A stretch of 61,846 nucleotides of DNA, the filler included, from Globobulimina sp. (lineage: Eukaryota): NCBI GenBank assembly GCA_003354225.1. It is 18 parts of 18 records of this genome, joined end to end, with 100 filler letters (N's around TTAATTAATTAA, not from the genome) between each part and the next. Parts side by side here need not be neighbours in the genome. Positions count along the whole stretch, not along the records: positions 48,189 to 51,528 come from PIVH01003032.1; positions 51,629 to 54,968 come from PIVH01003033.1; positions 55,069 to 58,407 come from PIVH01003034.1; positions 58,508 to 61,846 come from PIVH01003035.1; 14 more parts are not named here. The stretch is one strand, 5' to 3'. Below, one piece after another: positions 48,585 through 59,773 of the stretch (its first letter is position 1; each line of letters opens with the position of its first letter). Made by a program: the position numbers and the translations under genes. The notes under the pieces were generated by a model. The model saw only the letters and a program-made list of their open reading frames with translations, made no database searches and had not been told where the DNA came from.

Positions 48585-49943
48585 ATGTCCGTAGTAATGT
48601 CGTTTGCATTTCATTTGTTACTGATTGACGGCTATATTGGCGAAATTGAGCGCCAATCGTCTCTTCAAATGCCCAGCAGCATATGCAAATTGATCAAAAC
48701 ATTTTATCCTCTGTTTAAAGTATATGCAATTGGTAGGAATGATAATGGTCAATTTGGTTTAGGACATGGTCAATGTCGTCCTCTACATAAATTCAAGCAA
48801 TTACACAAATTCTCTCAACTAGTCACAAATGTAGAGGATATATACTGCAACAAAGGAAGATTTATCATTAAAACAATGAACAATGGATTATATGCTGCAG
48901 GCACAAATATTTTAGGACAATGTGGCTTGTCATTAGAACGCCGACGTTACACAAAATTCCACAAATTAAAATTTGCTCCAAATTGTACACCAGATGTTGT
49001 CAGCTGTGGTGCATTTAACAGACACTCATTCATTACCACTCTCAGTAAAAACAGTAGCAATCCCTATATGTTATTTGCTTGCGGTGGCAACGCCTCTGCC
49101 CAATTTGGTAATGGTTGTAAAACAACGGAATATCAAAGAAGTACTTGGACATTGATCAAACATAATTTCACAGCTCCCATCCGAAAGATTGTGTGTTCTG
49201 ATCAACATTCTCTGTTTTTGTGCACCGATGGCCGACTGTACAGTTGCGGCGATAACGAATATGGCACACTTGGTTTAGCTGAACATATCTCAGAAACGTT
49301 TGTGCCAACACAAATTATAAAGCAACAACGCATTATCGATATGGACTGTGGCATGTGGCATAATCTTTGTGTTGATGCACTGCATAAAGTATGGGTTTTT
49401 GGCGCTAATTTCTTTGGCCAAATTGGGTATTATGTGACGGAGAATATGAGTGAAGGATATTTATGCTTTAATCCGAGAATGAATGAGTTCCTCAAAGATA
49501 AAGACATATATCGTGTATTGTGTGGAAGCACTCATTCTTTGTGTATGGCCTTGGATGGAAATGTATATTTATTCGGACACTCGAGTCTGGGACAGATTGG
49601 TGATGGTGTTGCGAGGGAGAGAAATAGCACCGATGGGCATGGCGTGTTTATGCCATATTCGTTTCATTCAAATGATAAGTTTAAGCATGTAAATATTATT
49701 GACGCCTCTTGCGGAGCAAACCATAATGTCTTATTGTCGACAGGTAACAAAGTGATTACGTTTGGCGATAACAAATATCGTCAATGTTCAGCGGTGCTGT
49801 TTGAAAAAAATATTGAAATAGTTACTCGTCCATATGTGCTATTGCTGAAAGATATTGGTATGGAGAATAATATGGTGATTGAAAAAGTGTTGGCTGAAAC
49901 AAATTCGACATTGGTCGTAGTGAGTGCCTTCAAAAAGTGTTAA
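48585..49943 (+). CDS. RCC1-repeat beta-propeller protein with N-terminal helical module
   Basis: Repeated G.N..GQ.GLG and CG..H.L motifs. Confidence 0.9.
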   Translation: MSVVMSFAFHLLLIDGYIGEIERQSSLQMPSSICKLIKTFYPLFKVYAIGRNDNGQFGLGHGQCRPLHKFKQLHKFSQLVTNVEDIYCNKGRFIIKTMNNGLYAAGTNILGQCGLSLERRRYTKFHKLKFAPNCTPDVVSCGAFNRHSFITTLSKNSSNPYMLFACGGNASAQFGNGCKTTEYQRSTWTLIKHNFTAPIRKIVCSDQHSLFLCTDGRLYSCGDNEYGTLGLAEHISETFVPTQIIKQQRIIDMDCGMWHNLCVDALHKVWVFGANFFGQIGYYVTENMSEGYLCFNPRMNEFLKDKDIYRVLCGSTHSLCMALDGNVYLFGHSSLGQIGDGVARERNSTDGHGVFMPYSFHSNDKFKHVNIIDASCGANHNVLLSTGNKVITFGDNKYRQCSAVLFEKNIEIVTRPYVLLLKDIGMENNMVIEKVLAETNSTLVVVSAFKKC

Positions 49944-49973
49944 TATTTAAGTTATTTATAAATTATAATAGAG

Positions 49974-50825
49974 TTACACAGTATTGTCCACTTTCAAAAA
50001 TATGAACTGACGCGTCCAAGGCGTCCTTCTCGATTCGATGAAATCGAAATGAGTGTCTGGATAATATGCGCAAATTGATTTTATTAAAGCAAGTTTTTCT
50101 TTGCGATCTTTGGCTCCTTCACATTGTAAATATAATACGCCACCTTTTTTTAATCCATGGCCAAGAACAGTAGTTCGAACATTTGCATTTGGCACAGTTT
50201 CGTCATATTTTAATAGCGGCATCTCATCAAATATAACATCAAATGTTTGCATTTCGTTGGCGTTTAATTTGAATGATTCTATTTCTCTTTGTTCAATCTT
50301 TAAATCGCCATCTTCAATCAATGTAACATCAATTTCTTTTCCTTCAAATGTATCTTTTTCCTGTGTAATGTTTGCATTTCTCATTTTAAATCTGCTCTCA
50401 ATGAATTGCTCCGATGATTGAGGCACAGCAATACCGCGAATGCTATAATTTTGTTTTAATAATTCGTCAATTAAATAGGATGAGGTTGCTTGCTGAACAC
50501 AGGGTGTTACAATGGCTTTGCGTTGGTAAGCAAGAGATTTCTGCCCTTGTATATATGGCACTGCATCAAAATCATAATCACCTTCATGGTCAGTCATATG
50601 TGCAGTAATTTGTTCATCGAGCCATTGAAGGGTCCGTTCTCCCCAAACATTGGAAAAATTACATTTCGATATTGGAAATAATAATGCCTTTGGACTTTGA
50701 AAACGAATGGAAGATTTTCCTCTGTTTTGGAAATGGCAAAAGGAAGATGAACAACGAATCGTTTGTAACGAAGAGGATTTGATTATTCTTGAGAATGCAT
50801 TCAATATAATGCTCTTTTGCAACAT
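49974..50825 (-). CDS. Probable mitochondrion-targeted protein with methyltransferase-like C-terminal strands
   Basis: Arg/Ser-rich acid-free N-terminus; TFDVIF and LKKGGVLYL. Confidence 0.5.
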   Translation of the reverse strand: MLQKSIILNAFSRIIKSSSLQTIRCSSSFCHFQNRGKSSIRFQSPKALLFPISKCNFSNVWGERTLQWLDEQITAHMTDHEGDYDFDAVPYIQGQKSLAYQRKAIVTPCVQQATSSYLIDELLKQNYSIRGIAVPQSSEQFIESRFKMRNANITQEKDTFEGKEIDVTLIEDGDLKIEQREIESFKLNANEMQTFDVIFDEMPLLKYDETVPNANVRTTVLGHGLKKGGVLYLQCEGAKDRKEKLALIKSICAYYPDTHFDFIESRRTPWTRQFIFLKVDNTV

Positions 50826-50893
50826 GATGAATTTGAACGAGGTTTTTAACTTTTAAGCAAAAAACTATGTTAAAAGAAACAAGGAAACATTTA

Positions 50894-51528
50894 TCATTTT
50901 GTTAGGTTCAATTTTGGTAAATGAACATTTGTTTGTGATTGTGCTGCTTTACAGATCGGCAATGAATGTGATTTATATATTTTTGGAGGTTGACTAAGTC
51001 TTATTTGAGCTGATTGATTGGTTGCATTATTAGATTTTTTTTCAAGCAATTTGCAATATCGTGTGGTATAAATAATATTTGGGCAATTCGAGGTTTGCTT
51101 ATTTCTTTGCCTATTTTTCCTTATGTTTGAATGTAGTGTCCAATGTTTTTGTATTGTATTTAAATAATTTGATTGAATTCCAGACAATCTTCTTTTCAAT
51201 TTTTCATTTTCTGCATCAATTATTTTTTGTTTTTGTACGATTGAACCGGATCTTTTTTTATGTCGATTCGAATTCTTGTAAGTATTATTTCTTTTGTTTT
51301 TATTTTGCTGTCTGATGCCATTCCATGAAGCAACAGAATGTGTATTTATACTCGAACTATGTGTTGGTGATAACGAATGCGATGTAGTTTTTGCACTGTG
51401 GTTTTTAGCGGAATCAAAATCTAATATGATTTGATTGGTTTTAATATTGGTTTGCAATGATTTTTGAAAATGATGCAGAGAAGAAACAGATGCTGATCTT
51501 GTCCGTAAATGTTTGGCATATGGCGATA
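50894..51528 (-). CDS. Basic low-complexity protein C-terminus, possible CFAP97/Hemingway-like helix
   Basis: QKQKIIDAENEKLKRRLSGIQS; 5'-truncated. Confidence 0.4.
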
Positions 51529-51644
51529 NNNNNNNNNNNNNNNNNNNNNNNNNNNNNNNNNNNNNNNNNNNNTTAATTAATTAANNNNNNNNNNNNNNNN
51601 NNNNNNNNNNNNNNNNNNNNNNNNNNNNTGTCCAAAAAAAAAAA

Positions 51645-52661
51645 ATGTTATTATCTATAGCTTTCAATATGATATTATGTATATTAATCACTACACTTTT
51701 TATAAATGCAATGAATACCGGAATGTACCCAGTTTGGATGAGTCCATTAACTGGTTTCTTATGGAGTTGTTCTAAGATGGCATTATTTTATATGTTTCAT
51801 GGAAAATTATATTATTCCTTTACAGGATCTTCGTTCAAATATAAATCGGATCGATTTAAAGCTTGCAACTTTGTTTTAACAGTGACCTTTTTATTTTGTC
51901 TTTGTTATGAATTTTTAATACAAATATTTGGTGCAAATATCGATATTATTTCATTGTTTATTGGTTACAATATATTCCGATTAATATTTTTGATTTCAAT
52001 CATTTATATTTTGGTTCTATTTAATCAGAGATTGTATGGTATCGCAAAAATAAACGCTTCGACAAAAGATATGGAATTAACAGCAACAATCGCAACAGGA
52101 CCGAGTTCAGAGTGTGACTGTGAACAGCAACAAAATGGAAACGATGTTTTCATGGAGCTATTAATCAGAAACAGCATATTATGGTTTTTTGTGTTAATAT
52201 CAAATTTGTTGAATGGTTTGATTTGGATTATTGGAGCAAACATATTCGATGAACAATTTATATATTTATCCATAGCGTATTGTTTCACCGCAATTGATGC
52301 CGCAATAAATACCTCCTGCATTCTGTTGGGATGCCCCATTTGTTGGTATTATTATAATTTATGCTGTAAAAAGAAAGAGCAACATACTTTCGGTGATAAA
52401 TACTGCCAATTGTGCTGTTTGGCGATTTCTGAAAAAATACAAAATATACAAAAAAAACCAACTACGGAGCAACATAAAACAAAAACAAAACATAGTGAAA
52501 TAAATATTGTTTTGCAATTGGAAAATGCGATAAAAACTAATCAGCAAAATAATGACGTTGTTATTGGCGGTGTACATGAAGCAATGGAACTGGACTTGAA
52601 TTCAAAGAGTGTGAGTTTGATTGGAAGTTTCAATGAAGAACATGCAGCTGAAAACATTTAA
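51645..52661 (+). CDS. Multi-pass 7TM/GPCR-like protein, probably 5'-truncated
   Basis: Six or more hydrophobic helices, IDAAINTSCI in the last helix, YYNLCC tail; same style as the 9199 protein. Confidence 0.65.
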   Translation: MLLSIAFNMILCILITTLFINAMNTGMYPVWMSPLTGFLWSCSKMALFYMFHGKLYYSFTGSSFKYKSDRFKACNFVLTVTFLFCLCYEFLIQIFGANIDIISLFIGYNIFRLIFLISIIYILVLFNQRLYGIAKINASTKDMELTATIATGPSSECDCEQQQNGNDVFMELLIRNSILWFFVLISNLLNGLIWIIGANIFDEQFIYLSIAYCFTAIDAAINTSCILLGCPICWYYYNLCCKKKEQHTFGDKYCQLCCLAISEKIQNIQKKPTTEQHKTKTKHSEINIVLQLENAIKTNQQNNDVVIGGVHEAMELDLNSKSVSLIGSFNEEHAAENI

Positions 52662-53022
52662 TTTTATGAATCTGTTTTATTTTGTGTTTTTGTGAGAAAT
52701 ATTTACAAATATATTTACAATATAATTTATAACTTATTATTATGACGTTATAATATAATTAAAATGATATAAATACTGCTTTCGTATACGGTATACCATA
52801 TGCAATAATTACAAGCAGTGTTCATTGTGAATTTTATTTTTGCCTAGTTTGGTTTGGTTGTGAAGACTAAAGGACAATAATCCGATTTTGCGTAAACATT
52901 CTGAGCTGTTTGTATGAAATACGTTCTAGTCTAATAGTTTTTGAAACAAAATTGTTTTTGTGTCCCCCTAAAAAATCTTCAAAACTTTAAGAAATGCTTT
53001 CTACAAGTTTCTAGTTAAAAAA

Positions 53023-54022
53023 TTATTGTGGTAAAATAGGAGTTAATGTATTCACATCACATTGCGCGAGCATCATAATATTCCATGCAACCGCATATTC
53101 CTCCAACCATAATGTTTGATTATTAACATATGATTCAATTTGTTTTTGTGTCTCAGTACGTATCGGACACTCAGAATAAGCACATGACACTTTACCATCA
53201 GCTTGATTCACATCAAGCAAATTCCTATAAATACAAACATCAGAATTAAACATAAAAAATCCATTACTTTCCCATTCATACATACTATTCGCTGCCGCTG
53301 CTTTCTGTGCCCATGGTAAGCTAATGATGAATGAATAAAATTGATTGTCTAAACGCGTTGGGTTTGCAGTCCATGGCAAAGTATCAAAGCCAGAGGCCGT
53401 GGAATGTGCAAAACCCAAAGTATGACCACCTATCAATGCGATATATTGCGGCTGAGTTAAATTGAACACTGTGCCAAAAAACTCAGACTGAGCGGATAAA
53501 CCTTTAATTGCGTCGGGAAACGGCATCTGTTTTTGTAGCAATCTGTTTGTGAGTCGTATAGCGTATATAATATAATATAAATACCACAATTGTTTGATTT
53601 GGCGATGTGGGGCACGCTTTGCGCCCGGTCCAGAATCTAAATTGCGGCACAAATGAACCATCGGGAATAGCTATCATATTTCCCACCGTACTGGCTATTG
53701 TCCAAAAATCTGCTAAATTGGCAATCTTTGTGGACCAAACAATGCCCGACGGTAAATTTTTATCGCTGAATAAACCAATGGTTGCATTGTATGTTGGTGC
53801 AAGACCTGCATTTGGAGGATTGTATAAATTGATACAGCCATCGCAGCCAGTCACACATGTATGGAATCCATATCGCACTAAATTGCCCACAGTGAATGGG
53901 TCTGCAATATTTGCTAAATAATATTCGATGTCTTTTCGTAAATCCACTGTAATTTCTTTATAGGTTACAGCAGCATTTATTGACGAGAAATAGAGCGTAA
54001 AGGATAGGAATTGTGCTAACAT
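53023..54022 (-). CDS. Secreted non-animal heme peroxidase (APX-related); intron 53527-53584
   Basis: Signal peptide, distal LVRYGFHTC..GCDG, ADFW, proximal ALIGGHTLG and LDNQFY. Confidence 0.9.
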
Positions 54023-54074
54023 TATGTCTAGTTACTAGTAGTGGGTCAAAATTTAGTCAGAAACTCACAGACTG

Positions 54075-54356
54075 ATGACTGCAAAGGAGGATTCATTTGA
54101 AAAATGTCACATGACATTTCAAGAACTATATCCTCCGTGTACACATCCCTCAAAATTAAAACAAGATATATACGCTTTTAAAATACAGCTGAACCTCAGC
54201 AAACTGTGGAAAGAATTGGGATTATTAAAATGTTACGAATTGTTGATTTATGGATATATGAGACATGAAGCACAAAATTATCATAGATTCAATGACATAC
54301 TGTGCATTCTATACAATTTTTATCCTTCGTACATAATTTATTCAAATCGCAAATAA
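54075..54356 (+). CDS. Small ORF carrying the LLIxGY...FY module
   Basis: LLIYGYMR...DILCILYNFY; may be a first exon or remnant. Confidence 0.45.
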   Translation: MTAKEDSFEKCHMTFQELYPPCTHPSKLKQDIYAFKIQLNLSKLWKELGLLKCYELLIYGYMRHEAQNYHRFNDILCILYNFYPSYIIYSNRK

Positions 54357-54429
54357 ATAGAATATCATTTTATATTCACCATCTATTTTATAAGTTCTGA
54401 TGTTGATCAATTCTTAAAAGGATTTTTAG

Positions 54430-54519
54430 TTACATTTGACTTTTTAGTCAAGAATACTAAATAACATTCTTGACAAAAGAAGTGTTTAGAAGTGTGAACC
54501 TAAAAAGTCATTTGTAATT
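54430..54519. repeat. Fold-back element containing the 47-nt dispersed repeat
   Basis: TTACATTTGACTTTTTAG / CTAAAAAGTCATTTGTAA outer arms (2 mismatches) and GTCAAGAAT / ATTCTTGAC inner arms. Confidence 0.7.
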
Positions 54520-54577
54520 TAATTAAGCAAAAAAAGCAATCAAACATTGTTGGGATTGCAGATGGTGCGATCAACAC

Positions 54578-54968
54578 TTAACATTCGTACATAATAAAGT
54601 ACAGAGCTACTGCAATAGTGATCGCTTCAAAAAAAATTGTCTCGCATACAACCAACAATATAGATTTTCTGGTGACTTGTTTAGGATTATCTGATGGAAC
54701 GTTCACGATCTTGTTGTACAAGATCCCGGAAACGGTTTTAAATACAACAAAAATTGCAATTAAACCATAAGAAATCCAGACATGTTTACCACATTCAATT
54801 CTTTGTAATAGAAATCCAATTAACGAGCAAACACACATTGCACAACCAACACCATGTACACTTAGCATTTTCTGTGAAAACTCATCCCCATAAAATGAGC
54901 TAAGTGTAACCAAACCAAATGCAGCAACGAGTTGTAGTATTAAATGAATTGCAATGTTAAAATTATTT
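54578..54968 (-). CDS. Multi-pass membrane protein, C-terminal part
   Basis: Three to four hydrophobic helices; open to the contig edge. Confidence 0.5.
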
Positions 54969-55415
54969 NNNNNNNNNNNNNNNNNNNNNNNNNNNNNNNN
55001 NNNNNNNNNNNNTTAATTAATTAANNNNNNNNNNNNNNNNNNNNNNNNNNNNNNNNNNNNNNNNNNNNATTTGATGCTATTTGGTTGATATCCAACTTTA
55101 GATGTCCATAAATTGCCCTTTGTGTTTATAATCGATAGAGTGTAGAATATTTATACTCAAACATATTAAACATATACCTATGGGAAATGTTTTATTGAAT
55201 AATTTTTGTTATAACTTATATGGAAACTATATAAAATTATGAAATTATACAAAGTTTAAAATTGAAAATGAGCAGAAATTAACAAAATAATTATAATTTT
55301 GCTGAATATAAACTACCTTTTAAAGCAACGGTATCTATACGAAACCATATGAAGGGATGAGCTCTGACCCCAAAGATAGTGTGAAAAACCTTGCTTAATT
55401 TGTTAAGTCTGTTGC

Positions 55416-58407
55416 ATGGCATCTGACAAACAAAACAGCCCTGAACACATAGAAGTTATAGCACCGTTATTGTCCAGCACTGTACCAATGAATGAACCAT
55501 ATGAACTACTCAATGGAAACGATGTTGACAACAACAATAACAACAACAACCAGAACATAGAACAAACCACGCATGTAATCCACAACAAATTAGGCACAAT
55601 CAACGGCTGCTACGTGCCATGTTTGTTGAACATTATGGGTATAATCCTATTCGAGCGTTTAGGATGGGGCATCGGCCAAGTTGGTGTAAGTGGAGTGTTG
55701 TTAAGTAACCAATGCATAAACCTCTGCTCAAAACCAATCGCAAAATCGCAAAATCAACACAAACACAGTGCAATCTTTCTAATCGCCGAATTCCAGGCAA
55801 TAATCACTGTGCTCTCTCTCTCCGCCATTGTCACCAATGGCAATATGCGTGGCGGGGGTTCATATTATATGATATCACGTACATTAGGCCCTGAATTCGG
55901 TGGCTCGGTTGGTTTATTATTTTATGCGGCGTACTGTGTGGGAGTGGCCTTTTACTGTACTGGCTTTGCAGAGGAATTCGTCGAGACTTGGTATCCCGAC
56001 TACAGTGGCTACCGCAGGAAATGGTTCACCATCCTCTATGCCAGCATTGTGTGCGGTGCCTGCTTAGCCATTGCCATGGCGGGAGCCCGCTACTTCACTA
56101 AGATCAATGTCTTGCTATTTTTCTGGCAGTTTTTAGGAATATTCATCGCGTTGTTGGCAGTTTTTTTTCGTGGAACTTTCCAGCTCGGAAATCAAGATGC
56201 GGTTTGCAACGAGGCCACGGGCGAATTGTTTAAACATTATTCCTGGAAATGGCCGCAATTCAGTGAGATGTGGTCCTTTTCGTGCGAAAACTGCAAGAAT
56301 TTCCCAAGTTAGGTCGTATTTGCTGGTTTTCAATGATGTGGCGAGTCCATCTAATTCCGTAAATAGTGGATAACATTTCCAGTCCATATCGGATGTTTTT
56401 AGTGTAAATAAATCACAAAATGCGAAGCATTTTGATCAACAGCAATGTCCATACAAACAGCTACAGCTCATTCTAATGCAACTTTTGTGATTCATTTATC
56501 TAACCAACATAACGTATAACATCACGTCGTCAATACTTATGCATGCACTATACAGCCACTTTCGGCGTACTGTTCCCCGCAGCAACGGGCATAATGGAAG
56601 GAGCCAACCTCAGCGGGGATTTGGCCAATCCGACCTATTCCATCCCAGTGGGCACGCTGTCGGCAGTGGGCACCGCCATATTTTTCTATGTCTTATTGAT
56701 AATTGCCATGGCTGGCTCCTTCAACCAATGCACATTGCGCGAAGATACCACCATAATGCAAGAGTCCGCCTGGGGCGACGTGGGCACATATTTGGTGGTG
56801 GCGGGCGTGATGATATCCGCCTCGTCCTCTGCTTTGGGCTCACTGTTTGGTGGCAGCCGCGTGTTGCAAGCAATCGCGAGGGATAAGTTATTTCCGTACA
56901 CCAGATGGTTTGAGTATGGCTCGTCCAAAGGCGATGAACCTCGCACAGCAGTGCTGTTTACATGGATCATTGCGCAGTCGCTAATATTCATAGGTTCCAT
57001 CAATGCCATCGCGCCCATTTCAACCTCGTTCTTTTGCTTATCATATTGCACGGTGAATTTCAGCTGCTTTCTATTGGAAATCTCGGGCACGCCCAATTTT
57101 CGACCGTCCTTCACTTATTATACGTGGCATACAGCTTTGTTGGGCACTGTGTCCAATTTGGCGGTGATGTTTTTCGTGGATTATAGGTTTGGTTTCGCGG
57201 CGTTGATCTGTGAGATTGCAGTCTTTGTGTATTTGGCGTACAGAGCTCCGCAGAATGTATGGGGCGATGTGACGCAATCGATAATATTCCACCAAGTGCG
57301 CAAATATTTGTTGCGTTTGGATTCGCGCAAAGCGCATAGCAAGACCTGGAGACCGAGCATATTGTTGTTGGCAGATTGCGAGTTGGAACATATTGCTTTG
57401 ATTGACTTTTGTAACAATTTGAAAAAAGGCGGTTTGTATATCATTGGCAGTACAATTCTCGGCGATTTTAATGACAATGTGTTGAGGTTGAAGAAGATCA
57501 AAGATGATTGGCTCGAGTTTGTGGACAGGAACTCATTGAAAGCGTTCCCGCAAATTGCTGTTTCCAATGCGTTGCGCAGTGGTTATGAAAATTTGATATT
57601 GTTGTCGGGTTTAGGTGCGATGGAGCCAAATACCATTGTTTTGCCAATGCTGCGCTTGCGAAGACACAAAGAGGAGCATCACAAAGCCGCAGAAGAGGAG
57701 AAACACGAAAAAAGCGACTCGTTTGATATGTCGATACCGGAAATGGACCGTTCCGGACCCTTTTTAGAAGCATTTAAAAACTTAGTAATGTATGTTTGTT
57801 ATATTCCTATTTTTTAATAATATTTGTGTGATGTAACAATTTTAAGGTCAAGTCCGGCTGAAATGGACCCGGTGGAATACGTGAAACTGTGTGGCAACAT
57901 CTTGAAATTCAACAGAAACATTGTGATGACCGCAAATATGTATGCCTTGGATTTCGAGCTGGTTGTCTCGCAAAGCATTGCCCAGGTCATTGAGGAAAAA
58001 AACAAAAAGAGAAACCCGGCATCGATTAATATCGTAAACAAAGGCAGTTTGCAAGTGAATGCTTCCGCAGTCGACGATGCGTTGGAAAGCAATGCGAATG
58101 ACTCCAATTCCCGGTCGTCAGTGATTGCGAGAGCGCACGCGTCCACATCGACCATTACCTCTGTCAGTAAGTTGAATTCGCGATATTGGACCTTTGCGTC
58201 GCAGAGTGCCGCTGGTCTGAGGAACCAGTGGGTGGACATCTGGCTGTTTGCGGACGATTATACGTTTAATGTGGTGGACAGTGTCAGTATGAAAGATGAA
58301 GGCTTTCCAATGCTGATCATGCAATTGGCGCATATATTGCTGCAGAATAAGGTGTGGGACAAAGCAGCGGGTTTGAGGGTGTTTTTGTTGGTGAATAGCA
58401 AATGGAG
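55416..58407 (+). CDS. Cation-chloride cotransporter (SLC12, SLC12A9-like), 3'-truncated; introns 55700-55768, 56308-56555, 57790-57846
   Basis: KLGTINGCYVPCLLNIMG, GGGSYYMISRTLGPEFGGSVG, FPAATGIMEGANLSGDL, PNFRPSF and HQVRKYLL. Confidence 0.95.
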
Positions 58408-58507
58408 NNNNNNNNNNNNNNNNNNNNNNNNNNNNNNNNNNNNNNNNNNNNTTAATTAATTAANNNNNNNNNNNNNNNNNNNNNNNNNNNNNNNNNNNNN
58501 NNNNNNN

Positions 58508-59556
58508 ATTCAAGCAACAAATATGGAGCATTCAGCATATTTTTCACATCAAATATGGTTGATGTTCATATCAATTCATTCATTAATTCCATTCAATTTG
58601 TTGAGTCATACAGTAACCAACAGGCAAATGGAAAGTTATTGTATTTATTATTTTTGTTGGCTGTTATATTTATTGTACTGTTATCTGTATATATTTATTG
58701 GAAGAAACAATATTCGCATGCTTTCATAGTGGATAACGCCTTGGTACTATTAATTGGCATTTCACAATTTGATAATAAGGAAGCTCATCTGCCCGGAGTC
58801 AAAGCATGCATCGATACTTTAATTGATTTATGGAGAAACAGCTATAATTATGATGTATTTGTATGCAATGAAAGCTCGTTATACGCAAAGAAGAAAGCAA
58901 TAATTAAATTTGTGGATACCAGTATAAAAAGAATGAGAAATTGCGCGTATAATTGTGTTATTGTACATGTCATATCGCATGGCTGCAAAGGTGTATTCTA
59001 TGGATCAGATTTGCGATATCCCATTGATTTGAGTTTTATTATACATGAGTTGGAGAGTAAAGCAGCAGAGTCTAAGAATATACAGTTATTGAAATTGATA
59101 TTCCACCATGGATGTCAGGGGAATGCTGATTATAGTTTCTCACCAACAAAAAAAACAATTCGTAATGGATTATTGAATATGTATCAATCAAAAGGAAACC
59201 TTAAGTATAATACTGAGAATATGTCATATGAATCAAATTTTGGAATCATTGCTGGGAATATTGAAGGTCGTGCAATGTCGGATAGTGGTCGGTTTACACA
59301 ATGTATATTTGATTCATTCAAAGCCAATTTGAATAGAATGATAAAATGGAGTTTGGATGCACTCATAAAAGAAATTCGTCGCAATTTAGAATCTGTAACC
59401 AATCATTCTGAATTGGTTACAGTGGAAGAGAATATTTGTTATGACACTATCAGATTCGAAAAGGCACATTCAATGCTTTATAATCCTGTTGAAATGGTTC
59501 AAGTGACAAATTTTGCAGAAGACACCCAAGACAGCTCCGATTCGGAAATACCATAA
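58508..59556 (+). CDS. Single-pass membrane protein with C-terminal caspase-like (peptidase C14) domain, 5'-truncated
   Basis: TM helix LLYLLFLLAVIFIVLLSVYIYW then KK; NALVLLIGI, ISHG and KLIFHHGCQG; frame open to the contig edge. Confidence 0.8.
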
Positions 59557-59773
59557 TAAATTGACTTCGACAATGATATATTACTACAATCTTGCCGTAT
59601 TTTTATTACATTTAAATAATATATTACTATATATTTTTTGCTGACTTAGTTCAACAATATGTTTCTAAATAATCCAAGTACAGACACTAATTTCAGAATA
59701 GAATTTGAAACACCTTCCGTTTCTGCATTGCGAGATGTTTCGACTATGCATTACAAAAAACACCAAACATAGT

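Larger units (their letters stand above)
3345..58507. other. 17 artificial 100-nt contig linkers (N44-TTAATTAATTAA-N44) starting at 3345, 6789, 10233, 13676, 17118, 20560, 24002, 27444, 30885, 34326, 37767, 41208, 44649, 48089, 51529, 54969, 58408
   Basis: Identical structure each time; the core has stops in all six frames; intervening contig lengths fall monotonically from 3344 to 3339 bp. Confidence 0.99.

Noticed and set aside
3345-58507. Regularly spaced TTAATTAATTAA repeats as a CRISPR-like or periodic biological array
   Set aside because: Always embedded in N44 pads, with length-sorted contigs between them; a concatenation linker.
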